From NCBI GenBank assembly GCA_034530875.2, contig JAVRCJ020000047.1:1-52483 (forward strand): 52,483 bases of DNA, read 5' to 3'. A model generated the notes under the pieces. It was not told the origin of the DNA, ran no database searches, and saw only the letters and a program-made list of their open reading frames with translations. Below, one piece after another: positions 27,916 to 37,322 of this stretch (the stretch's first letter is position 1; the number at the start of each line of letters is the position of its first letter). The position numbers and the translations under genes are program-made. The stretch comes from Nostoc sp. DedSLP01. GTDB taxonomy: Bacteria > Cyanobacteriota > Cyanobacteriia > Cyanobacteriales > Nostocaceae.

Positions 27916-28047
27916 ATTGACGCTAGACAACAGTTGTAGCTTCAAGCTTAAAAGCGATCGCCTGTAACTGCAAATGGCTACTGCTCTATTTTTCACTGTA
28001 CTTTAGAGATGAAGGAGCGATCGCTTACTTATTTCAAGTTCCAAACA
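27916..28047. repeat. Right copy of ~130-bp HIP1-containing direct repeat
   Basis: HIP1 at 27954-27961 and 28017-28024; see 24754-24883. Confidence 0.85.
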
Positions 28048-28075
28048 CAAAATTTTAACTTCTGAAAATAAATTT

Positions 28076-28330
28076 ATGCGAACAGTACCAATTCAATTAC
28101 CAGAAACAGTATTTTCAGCACTTCGGAAAAATCCAGAAGAATTTATCCAAGAAATGCGAATTGCCGCAGCAGTTAAATGGTATGAATTAGGCGACATCTC
28201 ACAAGCTAAAGCAGCAGAAATAGCTGGACTAACTCGTGCTGAATTTATTAATGCTTTATCTCGCTACCAAGTAGATTTTATGCAATATACTGCCCAAGAG
28301 TTAGCCGAGGAACTGGCAAATGTCGATTAA
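28076..28330 (+). CDS. UPF0175-family putative antitoxin
   Basis: 84 aa; EMRIAAAVKWYELGDISQAKAAEIAGLTRAEFINAL HTH pattern. Confidence 0.85.
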   Translation: MRTVPIQLPETVFSALRKNPEEFIQEMRIAAAVKWYELGDISQAKAAEIAGLTRAEFINALSRYQVDFMQYTAQELAEELANVD

Positions 28331-28475
28331 TTGTGTAATTGTTAACTCTTCACTTTTGATTGTTCTATTGAAAAGTTCACAAGCAAAATTTGAGGTTTCA
28401 ACCTCAATCTTCAAGCAGAAAGGGGGCAATATTTCCCCCTTATTCTTAGTTATTAAGATGCTACCTGAAAACTAG
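28320..28475 (+). pseudogene. Truncated PIN-domain (DUF3368-like) toxin remnant
   Basis: Overlapping ATG at 28320 reads MSINCVIVNSSLLIVLLKSSQA, similar to the VIxNSSPLIxL start of DUF3368 toxins. Similarity ends after about 22 codons; stop at 28475. Confidence 0.6.
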
Positions 28476-28485
28476 TCTCTTTAAA

Positions 28486-30144
28486 TTACTGCCACACAAA
28501 CACTTTCGCTTCGTATGGCCCTAAATCAGTAATGATGCCATCGTCACCAGCTTCGACATCATAATTTGCCGTCCATTCGTGCCATGTTCCACTACTAGGA
28601 AAGTTAGGAACATGATAGCCACCTAAGAAATTTTCTGAGAAATTGGCTACCACGACTACACGGGAACCTTCCTCATTCCAACGGCTATAAGCTAATACTT
28701 TTGCCTCTGGATTCTCGTGGATGAAATCAATATTTTCTGTGTAGAGAGCATGATTACTCTTACGCAGATTAGTTAAACCTTTGTAATATTCAAACAAACC
28801 ACGATTTAAATCGTTACCCAACAGCGTCCAATCGATTTTAGCTGAGTCGATTTGTTTGGGTTTGTACTCGCCAAATTCTTCTCCCATCCAAATCAAAGGC
28901 ACACCAATAGCAGTCATTAGGATGGCAACTCCTAATTTAATCCGCCTAAAAGCTTCTTCATCAAAAATCTCACGGCTGCCCATTTCTACCATGAGATGAT
29001 TATGGTCGTGGTTGGTGAGATAATTTACCACATTAGTAGCACCCAAAAAGCCTTGACGTTTGCAGTCAATAACATCTTTAAGACGCTCTAAATCAAATGT
29101 ATCGCCGCAGATATGTTCTAAAATGCAGTGATAGAAACTATCATGCCAGCAACCATCCATCGGCCCATCGACATTGGTAATGCTGGTAGTTTCAGGAATG
29201 TGTTCGGCAACGTTATAAAAAGGCTTCGGTCCGGCAGCATTTTTGGCTTCTTGCACAATCCAGTGCATAAAATCATAGTTAGCAATTTGTCGTGCTGCAT
29301 CATAGCGAATACCATCAAGATGATATTCCTGAATCCAATAACGGATTGTATCGCCAATAAATTTCCGTGCTGGAAAAGTATCTAAATTTTCGTCGTAATG
29401 TTCGTAATTAAACTCAGGTCCCCAGTTATTATCAGGGTCGCGGGGAGAATGATGATACCAATAATCGTGATCGATTTGTGTTAAAGGACTAGATGCTTCT
29501 GAGTGGTTATAAATACCATCATTAATTACACGAATGCCTCTAGCATGGCACTCATCAATTAAATTTTTTAATTCAGCGGTAGAACCATAACTAGATTCTG
29601 TTGCAAAGAAATAACGAGGATTATAACCCCAGCTATGATCGCCAGGATATTCTTTGATTGGCATCAACTCAATAGCGTTGATTCCTAATTCGCATAAATA
29701 ATCTAACTTTTCAACTACATGTTTGTATTTACCGCGTGCATAAGGATCGTCTTCACCACCAGAAAAATCACCAACATGCAGTTCATAAATTACTAATTCG
29801 TGGTCAGCAGGTAAAGGTTTATCATCATGCTGCCAAACATAAGTATCAACAATTCTTGCACCATCTTTGATGCGAACAACACCGTTATCTTGTCCGCCCT
29901 TTTCATCTATATCAGTTGCATAAGGGTCTGTAACATCAACCCATTGGTCTGGTTCAAAAAACCATGATTTTGTTTGGACGCGAAATTTATATTGATAATC
30001 GCCATCTTCTAATTCAACACTTGTGCGGAAATAGCCATCCTCACCTTTTTCCATTGGAATTTCTTGCCAATCAGAAAAAGAACCAATTAATGCGGCTCCT
30101 TCGTTGTATGGCGCAAATAAATTAAATTCAATTGGCTTTGCCAT
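28486..30144 (-). CDS. GH13 alpha-amylase family glycoside hydrolase with N-terminal CBM48
   Basis: IYELHVGDF, WGYNPRYFF, DGIRYDAA (nucleophile), VAEH, TNHDH. Confidence 0.92.
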   Translation of the reverse strand: MAKPIEFNLFAPYNEGAALIGSFSDWQEIPMEKGEDGYFRTSVELEDGDYQYKFRVQTKSWFFEPDQWVDVTDPYATDIDEKGGQDNGVVRIKDGARIVDTYVWQHDDKPLPADHELVIYELHVGDFSGGEDDPYARGKYKHVVEKLDYLCELGINAIELMPIKEYPGDHSWGYNPRYFFATESSYGSTAELKNLIDECHARGIRVINDGIYNHSEASSPLTQIDHDYWYHHSPRDPDNNWGPEFNYEHYDENLDTFPARKFIGDTIRYWIQEYHLDGIRYDAARQIANYDFMHWIVQEAKNAAGPKPFYNVAEHIPETTSITNVDGPMDGCWHDSFYHCILEHICGDTFDLERLKDVIDCKRQGFLGATNVVNYLTNHDHNHLMVEMGSREIFDEEAFRRIKLGVAILMTAIGVPLIWMGEEFGEYKPKQIDSAKIDWTLLGNDLNRGLFEYYKGLTNLRKSNHALYTENIDFIHENPEAKVLAYSRWNEEGSRVVVVANFSENFLGGYHVPNFPSSGTWHEWTANYDVEAGDDGIITDLGPYEAKVFVWQ

Positions 30145-30474
30145 AGAAGTGTTTGTAAGAAAAATAATTGATATGGGTATTCTCTAACGATCAATTAAAT
30201 TTGCAAATCGCTCTGGAGAAGGAATTGAATATATAATGCTTCTATCTTCAGGAAGAATTAATAAATATTTTTTAAATTCAGTTATTTTTTAAATTTAAAT
30301 TAGGTTAATGAAATGCTTTTTAAAAGTAAAAACTTATTTTTGCAAGAACAAGTTAAGCTTTATAATTTAAATAAGAATAAAACTAGTATTCAACTAATTA
30401 GTATATAAAAAATATTAAAAGTAAAATCTCCAAAATTTTGGAGATTTACTTTCTATTTGAAATTTTTGATTTAT

Positions 30475-30852
30475 TTAATTAATATTGTCGCTATTTTGTT
30501 GTAAATAGCTTAATAACCAATTTGCTGCTGTAGCTCTGCGAGTTTGCCGGGGACCAAATTCACCAATTTTATAACCTTTGAACCCCAGTTTTTGTTTGAG
30601 TGATTGTTTATTTTCAGCAGGAATAGAACGAGTTAACTTGACTGTTGCGGGGCGAGAGTCGATAAAATCTGGTGGTTGTGGGTACTCATCTTTCCATTCT
30701 GGTGCAACTAGGCTAGTATCCCATTGCCCAATTGATAAATCATAGCGATAACCTAAATAATGCCATAGCAACTGATTAACTGTTGCATCATCTAGTTCAT
30801 CATTGAGAATTGCCCAAATTGTGTCTGTATTGAGTGGTGGTAGATTAGACAT
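30475..30852 (-). CDS. DUF1823-family cyanobacterial protein
   Basis: LWHYLGYRYD, PPDFIDSRPATVKLTRSIP, GFKGYKIGEF.PRQTRRATAANWLL. Confidence 0.8.
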   Translation of the reverse strand: MSNLPPLNTDTIWAILNDELDDATVNQLLWHYLGYRYDLSIGQWDTSLVAPEWKDEYPQPPDFIDSRPATVKLTRSIPAENKQSLKQKLGFKGYKIGEFGPRQTRRATAANWLLSYLQQNSDNIN

Positions 30853-31050
30853 AAGCAAGTAAGAATTGAGAATTCAGAATCCAAAAATCAGAATTTAAGA
30901 AAACCTTTATGATTAGCCTATTACACTTCCAAAGATAGGGGCAATATTATTTTTATCTACGCCTGGTGGAAGATTTATCTCCTACAAGCATTAGACAAAC
31001 TACTAAGGTGACTCTAGATTCGGAGATTTGCTCCCCTCAGGAGGTAAATT

Positions 31051-31311
31051 ATGGGAATAGATGATTTGTTTAGAAATATAGCTGGTGGCAGGCAGAAACG
31101 ACGCGATGAAGAGTGGGATAATCGCGATCGCTCCCAATACAGATATCGCGACAATGACGACGAAGACGAAGACGAAGACCGCGAATACAGATATCGCGAT
31201 AATGACGACGAAGACGAAGACGAAGACCGCGAATACAGATATCGCCGCAATGACGACGAAGGCCGCAGGTACAGATCTCGCCGTGACGACGAAGACGAAG
31301 ACCGCGATTAA
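31051..31311 (+). CDS. Small low-complexity Asp/Glu/Arg-rich repeat protein
   Basis: Strong SD AGGAGGT before ATG; 48-bp tandem unit encoding YRYRDNDDEDEDEDRE. Confidence 0.7.
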   Translation: MGIDDLFRNIAGGRQKRRDEEWDNRDRSQYRYRDNDDEDEDEDREYRYRDNDDEDEDEDREYRYRRNDDEGRRYRSRRDDEDEDRD

Positions 31312-31387
31312 TGTCCCAACTTTGGGTGAAAGACAAGTTGTGTATACAAAACTCGGTAGACTGGAATCGTAAAGAATAGACCAGTCT

Positions 31388-31690
31388 ATGCATAATCCTA
31401 CACCACTGCCAAAGATTATCCGCGCCCATGTATTTATTTCTGGCCGAGTCCAAGGAGTAGGCTATCGCTATGCCACCGTCGATACAGCCAGCCAGTTAGG
31501 ATTAACTGGTTGGGTGCGGAATCTCCCCGACGAGCGAGTAGAAGCAGTTTTTGAAGGGCCGCGAGAGGTTGTAGATCAGATGGTTCGCTGGTGTCACTCC
31601 GGGCCGCCTGCTGCTGTAGTCAAAGAGGTTTTGGTTGAGTACGAAGAACCAGAAGGGTTGCGGGGATTTGAAGTTAAGCGCGGTAAATAG
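31388..31690 (+). CDS. acyP: Acylphosphatase
   Basis: GRVQGVGYR, GWVRNLPD. Confidence 0.93.
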   Translation: MHNPTPLPKIIRAHVFISGRVQGVGYRYATVDTASQLGLTGWVRNLPDERVEAVFEGPREVVDQMVRWCHSGPPAAVVKEVLVEYEEPEGLRGFEVKRGK

Positions 31691-32052
31691 TTGAGAATGG
31701 AGGGTGGGGAGAATAAGGGACTTCCAATTAAAAAAATATCCCATTGCTTTGTAGCCAAAGAGAAGGTAGCAGGGGGAGCAATAATCGTGTTAAGTCTAGG
31801 AATTGGGATAATTTATTTTTTGGAGTTCCCTAAATCCTAACTCTTCAGTTAACATTCAACATACCTGTAAACCCGTGAGTTTTTCGTGTTCGCCGCTTAA
31901 ACGTATCGTGAAAGACACTCCGATTCAGAAAAACCCAGAAAAAAGCTACATCATGTATTGGAATATATGTTTTTTTAGATGCTTTAGTGCTAAATCTTTA
32001 CGTCTTGGTTAGGCTGGAATTGATTTTACTTCCGTCAAATTAAAATTAAAAA

Positions 32053-32280
32053 TTAATCTCGGTTGAAACCACAACCTAAACAACGCATACAAACAAAGAA
32101 AGCTGCTAAAACTGAGATAATCTCAAATCCTAATTGAAAGGATAAGGGAGCTAGAGAAAACCCCCAAATTAGAGAAATTGTCCCAGTTACCATAGTTGCA
32201 ATCCGATGAATTTCATCTTTAGCTCTCCAAGCCAAAAATAAAATTCCTAAGCCAACTAATAATAATACTAAACTACTCAT
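32053..32280 (-). CDS. Small hypothetical membrane protein
   Basis: 75 aa with two to three hydrophobic helices, DEIHRI loop, C-terminal CMRCLGC. Confidence 0.65.
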   Translation of the reverse strand: MSSLVLLLVGLGILFLAWRAKDEIHRIATMVTGTISLIWGFSLAPLSFQLGFEIISVLAAFFVCMRCLGCGFNRD

Positions 32281-32382
32281 AAAGATATTCACTAGTTAGA
32301 ATCTAAAAGTCGATCGTCCAAAGTTGCAAAACTAATTTCACAGATTGTTTAGGGTTGGTATAATAACAACCTCTGTACGACT

Positions 32383-32532
32383 ATGCGTTTACGTCGGCTC
32401 CTAATATTTACTTTGAGAGTTGTTACTTCTATCTTGCTTGTTTGGGTCTTTACTCCCGCAGTAATTATACCTCCTCCAGATCCAAAGCAGGCGATCGCCT
32501 TTTTACTTTGGATTGCTCGTGCATTGGAATGA
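32383..32532 (+). CDS. Putative 49-aa membrane peptide (below ORF-track cutoff)
   Basis: MRLRRLLIFTLRVVTSILLVWVFTPAVIIPPPDPKQAIAFLLWIARALE; extended -10 TGGTATAAT about 20 bp upstream. Confidence 0.45.
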   Translation: MRLRRLLIFTLRVVTSILLVWVFTPAVIIPPPDPKQAIAFLLWIARALE

Positions 32533-32620
32533 CTAATTCCTGATGTACAAAACCAAAATCGCCAGGTTGAAACGTTAAAGAAGTAAGAGGTTGTTGGAAA
32601 AGTTTAAATTATTACTCACC

Positions 32621-32821
32621 GGGCGATTGGAAATCGCACGCCAGTTGCTACCTGCGGGAACGCTTACCCTTCGGGAACGGCTTCGCCGAACAGCGAACAA
32701 GTCGGGAAACCCGCCCAACACACTGGCTCGGCTACACAGACGAAACCCACGGAGGTGGGTTTCAAACCCTTAATTTTTCATGCTTTCCGCGCAGGCGGAC
32801 GAAAGCCTGTGTAGTAGCGAA
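32621..32821. mobile_element. Nested cluster of MITE/small dispersed repeats
   Basis: Outer GGGCGATTGGAAATCGC...GGCTACACAG...CTGTGTAGTAGCG element contains ACGCCAGTTGCTA...CACTGGCT (32638-32729), which contains two nested CC(C)T(G/T)CGGGAACG...CGAA units. Confidence 0.75.
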
Positions 32822-32940
32822 TTATCGAAACAATAGGGTCTAAAACCGTACTTCGTCCAAAGTTTTTGTCACGGGGTATAAATCCTCGTTACAAAAACGG
32901 TCTCCAGCAAGAACTGCCCTCTGCCTCCTGCCTTCGTTAA
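32822..32940. mobile_element. ~120-bp MITE-like repeat, copy A
   Basis: Begins TTATCGAAACAAT and ends CCTTCGTTAA; homologous to 40880-41006 and 52204-52263. Confidence 0.8.
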
Positions 32941-33319
32941 ATGAGACTCTTCGCCGATCGCCCTTTTTTAAATCTTCATTAAACTCCAATCTATTACTAT
33001 TAGTAATAGATTTACCTAATAAGTAGTTATAACCAATTTTATAGCTAATTAGCTTTTTTATAAAGATGGAAACAAACTATGTTAATTTGCTGAAAAGTAA
33101 TGTCAATATATGACAGCAAGATATCAAACAGAGCAATCTGACATACATAGCACATCGTCAGTAAATTTGCAGCAAGGCATAGATAGAAATAGAGTTCAAG
33201 ATTGTAATTCAATTGTGAGCAACTCATGAGAACTAAACGCCGATTGATGTGTAGTCGTTAAATTACTGAAGATTTTAGTAGTAAAGCATTTCCTGACTCT
33301 CAACTGTGAACTAACATTT

Positions 33320-35032
33320 ATGCAGATCGATCAAAAACTTTCTCTATACTCTTCTCTAGCTCAATTTGCATTACTCAAAAAAAGCTATACTGCCAAAATT
33401 ATGGTAGTGGCATTTTTGGGAACTCATATACCACTTCTGAGTTTAATCTTCAATTTTGTGATTTCCAATTCCTATTCTTGGGAAATTACAATTCGAGTCC
33501 TGCTCAATGCTCTTGTGGCTACATTAGTAGGTACAGCTGCTACTCTTTATGCACTGCGCTACTTACTCGCTCCTGTAATTTTGACATCGGTAGCATTGCA
33601 AGACTATTTGCAAAGCAAAAAATTACCAGAACTGCCTACAGAATTTGCTGATGAAGCAGGCACACTCATGGCAGATACTTCGCAAACTCTTCATAAATTA
33701 GATGAGTTGATTCACCATATTAGTAACTATGACAATTTAACTGGACTACCAAATCGAGATTTATTTGGCGATCGCCTTTACGAAAATGTGTCACAATCTC
33801 AAAATCCCCAGCAATTAATTGCTGTTCTCTGTGTGGGGATTGATGATTTTACTGGTATCAGTCATGGGTTGGAGCATGAAACAACTAATCAGCTATTAAG
33901 AGCAGTTGCCCAACGTTTGACAAGCTGTATTGCTAAAAAAGATATTTTGGCACGTTTAAGTCAAGATGAGTTTGCGATCGCTCATATAAGTATCTTTTCA
34001 TTAGAAGATGTAGCTAATACAACAAACATTTTACAGACTACACTAGCCAAACCCTTCTTTATAGATGGTCAGCAGATTCACATCACAGCGAGCATAGGTA
34101 TTACAGTTAGCGACTTAGGCGATCGTAATAGTGTAGAGCAACTATTGCAACAGGCTCACATAGCTCTGTATCAAGCAAAACAGCAAGGGTCTAGTCAATA
34201 CCAGTTCTATTCACCAGAAATTAACGCTCAGTTGCAGGAGCGACTAGCATTGGAAAATGAATTGCGTGGAGCAGTGGAACGCGGCGAAATGATAGTTTAC
34301 TACCAACCGCTGATTGATTTGCGTACCAGAGAAGTCACAGCAATGGAAGCACTATTGCGCTGGCAGCATCCCACCAGAGGTTTAGTTTCTCCTGCAAAGT
34401 TTATTCCCATTGCCGAACATAACGGTTCAATCGTATCTATCGGTGAATGGGTGTTGCGAACGGCTTGCGCTCAAAATCGGGAATGGCAACTTGCTGGACT
34501 GCCGCCAATTCGTATGTCAGTTAACCTCTCGGCTCGACAATTTGAACAAGTAAATTTAGTCGAGATTGTCAAACAAATCCTAGAGGAGACACAATTGCAA
34601 CCTTCTTATCTAGAATTGGAAGTCACTGAAAGTTCCTTGATGGTTGATATTCAGCACTCTGTGAAAACTCTCAAAGAATTACGAGAACTAGGAGTTTGGC
34701 TAGCTTTGGATGACTTCGGTACAGGTTATTCTTCTCTTAACTATTTGAAGCGTTTTCCTGTGAATATGCTGAAAATCGACCGTTCATTTGTCCAAGATGT
34801 AACATCCAATTCTGATAGTGCCACCGTCACCGATGCGATTATTGCATTAGCTAAAAGCCTGCAATTGAAAATTACAGCAGAAGGAGTGGAAACTCAAGAA
34901 CAGCTTGACTATTTACATGAGCGTGGGTGCCAAGAAGGACAGGGTTACTATTTTGGTATTCCGGCTCCTGCCGATAAAATCACCAAGATACTCAAGGAAA
35001 ATTCTCAGCAATTACAGGAAATAGCTGCATAA
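33320..35032 (+). CDS. Membrane-anchored GGDEF-EAL protein (likely c-di-GMP phosphodiesterase)
   Basis: Two TM helices; DNLTGLPNR; degenerate SQDEF; intact EAL and DDFGTGYSSL. Confidence 0.92.
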   Translation: MQIDQKLSLYSSLAQFALLKKSYTAKIMVVAFLGTHIPLLSLIFNFVISNSYSWEITIRVLLNALVATLVGTAATLYALRYLLAPVILTSVALQDYLQSKKLPELPTEFADEAGTLMADTSQTLHKLDELIHHISNYDNLTGLPNRDLFGDRLYENVSQSQNPQQLIAVLCVGIDDFTGISHGLEHETTNQLLRAVAQRLTSCIAKKDILARLSQDEFAIAHISIFSLEDVANTTNILQTTLAKPFFIDGQQIHITASIGITVSDLGDRNSVEQLLQQAHIALYQAKQQGSSQYQFYSPEINAQLQERLALENELRGAVERGEMIVYYQPLIDLRTREVTAMEALLRWQHPTRGLVSPAKFIPIAEHNGSIVSIGEWVLRTACAQNREWQLAGLPPIRMSVNLSARQFEQVNLVEIVKQILEETQLQPSYLELEVTESSLMVDIQHSVKTLKELRELGVWLALDDFGTGYSSLNYLKRFPVNMLKIDRSFVQDVTSNSDSATVTDAIIALAKSLQLKITAEGVETQEQLDYLHERGCQEGQGYYFGIPAPADKITKILKENSQQLQEIAA

Positions 35033-35036
35033 TGAA

Positions 35037-36182
35037 TTAGCGATCGCATGTAAGTAAGCCATCTGGGCCAATATACAACACTCGTCCGCGCCAATTAACA
35101 CTTTGGCCGAAACACCCTCCCACCCAGATGGCAAAGTTAAGCAACTCACGCATAGGCAGTAGCCAAAGCCAATGTAAGAGTTTTGGGCAGTCCAAGCGTC
35201 GGATAGCTATTAGTATCTGAATCATTCTGGTTGTGAAAGTAGCAAAGCAAAGAATGACTGCCCAGCTTTCAAACCCGCACAGCAAAAGTAAAGGAATCGA
35301 GTAAACTGTGCCGTAACTTAAGCCGATAGTGTAATACTTCCATCCATAGTTAAGACGTATGGTTTTAGCCCAGCGCAATTCTCGCAGGAATACCTTTTCA
35401 AGGGTTTCACGCCCGCAGTTATTTTGTAAGATATATTCTGAGAGTTTAACCTCATAGCCAGCATCAGCTACCATTTTGCCGATATGATAATCTATACCAA
35501 TACGGTTGAGTAAGCTTTGCAATCCACCGATATCTGCTAGCACTGATTTACGAGTGGCAATAGTCGGGCCGATAGCAAATCGCAGACTTCCATCTAAGCT
35601 ACGAGCTACTAGCACGCTAGGAATGAAATCAATACATCGTCCCAAAGATGCTAAAGCTGCCCCAAATCCTTTAGGAGCGCGGTCTAGGTAACCACAGGTG
35701 ACGATACCTACAGAAGCATCGCCAAGAGGTTCTGTTACAGTACTGAGGTAATTGGGAGTGACGCAGATATCACTATCAGCAAAAATGACAGTTTCATGCT
35801 GTGCAAACTCTAGAAGATGCATGAGATTGCTGATTTTATGGTTGATACCGCGCACTTCCAGGCAAAAGTGGAGCTGTGCGCGATCGCCAAATTCTGCTAC
35901 CAGTTCTTCTAAAATAGGGACAGCAGGATCTTGTGGGTTCATCACCCCAAACAGCACCTCGTAGTTTTTATAGTCTTGCTTGCAAAAAGAAGCCCAGTTT
36001 TCACGAGCATCTTCGTCTACTCCGCAAACCGGAACCAATAGCGATACTGGTGGCTTGTCCACGCTCATTTTTCCTTTGATAGTGGTTCTAAATCTAATAA
36101 GACAGATTCCACACCAAATATAAAATGCCACTGATACAGCGATCGCAATCAGTAATACTATCTCTAAAGCAACAATTATCAT
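35037..36182 (-). CDS. hpnI: GT21 glycosyltransferase (HpnI / ceramide glucosyltransferase-like)
   Basis: PVSLLVPVCG, GINHKISNL, FADSDI, RELRWAKTIR. Confidence 0.8.
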   Translation of the reverse strand: MIIVALEIVLLIAIAVSVAFYIWCGICLIRFRTTIKGKMSVDKPPVSLLVPVCGVDEDARENWASFCKQDYKNYEVLFGVMNPQDPAVPILEELVAEFGDRAQLHFCLEVRGINHKISNLMHLLEFAQHETVIFADSDICVTPNYLSTVTEPLGDASVGIVTCGYLDRAPKGFGAALASLGRCIDFIPSVLVARSLDGSLRFAIGPTIATRKSVLADIGGLQSLLNRIGIDYHIGKMVADAGYEVKLSEYILQNNCGRETLEKVFLRELRWAKTIRLNYGWKYYTIGLSYGTVYSIPLLLLCGFESWAVILCFATFTTRMIQILIAIRRLDCPKLLHWLWLLPMRELLNFAIWVGGCFGQSVNWRGRVLYIGPDGLLTCDR

Positions 36183-37322
36183 TGGTAAATAAACAAGATA
36201 AAAAATTGCACTTTTAATTTAACGAAAAGTCATCCAGAGGGCAATTACTCCTTTGACATAACTTTGTTGGCTCCACTGGTACTATGTTTTGTTAGCTTTT
36301 GAAATTCTATTTTTAAGAATACATTTATTAAATTATTTAAGCAATCATTTTTCAATAATTAAGATAAGTTTGCAGCTAATCAGTTGATTGTATGTATTTT
36401 TAAGTTTTGATTCACAATCTTAGCAGTTGAGACATCAACTCAATTTTTGAGTTTTTTTTGGATTCTGCATCAGAAAATTTATATATTCTTTATCTCATAA
36501 ACACTTCTTAAATTAGTTTTAACATTTGTTCGACCAAAATCAGCGAGAAAATAATACGATTTGGAATTTTAGATTTTGTGGAAAGTTAGCAGTTCAGCTT
36601 TGGGCGTAATAGCAAAGCTAGTACAAATTTGCAATTAAGAAACTTAGATTTAGCAAGACTTTCCCGATTTACATCTGTTGCCTCATTTTGGATAATTGTT
36701 ATAAGCGGGGCATACAGGTATCTTCTTATCCCTAAGAGTACTGAATTATTCGAGAAGATTTTGCAGATTTTTATGCTGTTTATTATTCAGGAGAAATAAA
36801 TTATATGTAACAGATAGAACATTTAAAAATATTCATTTTTTACTAAATTCTATCTTAAGCAAACAAGTCAAAATAAATAAAAATATTCGCTAACCTTAAA
36901 TTTTAATTATATTTTTTAAGTTTTACGTACAACATTATTGTATAATAAATATAAATACTTATTATTTAACAGTTTTTTCATTTAATGAAATAGATTTTTC
37001 AAAATTTTTATTAAACAGAATATTTGAAAAGCTCGATATTCATGAATCATGAATAAATTAATTTAAGTAATAAGCTAATTTTGTGATTTTTATTTATAAA
37101 TTATTCATACTTCAGCAATTTTTTATCGTTATATTATATCAAACGCTGAAGATTTATGTGGAATTTCACTTCATATCAAAAGAAGGGAAGACCCGAAAAT
37201 CTGTTTGGGATTTTAGGGCCTTACTTATAGGCTTTCATGCTTCCCATTATCTTCTTTGACAAGTTTGGCAGCATGAGTGAATTCGTCTATACTGTCTGTT
37301 GACAAAACCTCAAAACTTTAAC

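Noticed and set aside
31014..31453. Alternative-frame ORFs over the 48-bp repeat (31014..31250, 31070..31453, 31085..31372)
   Set aside because: Open only because the repeat lacks stops; only 31051..31311 has a clear SD and ATG
32591..32773. 60-aa ORF, and similarly 40873..41163, 44755..45048 and 49505..49862
   Set aside because: These read through repeat or mobile-element DNA and have no protein-like features
33012..33319. c-di-GMP riboswitch upstream of the GGDEF-EAL gene
   Set aside because: No GEMM consensus (GGCAAAC/GAAA tetraloop-receptor) visible; only an AT-rich palindrome at 32989-33011
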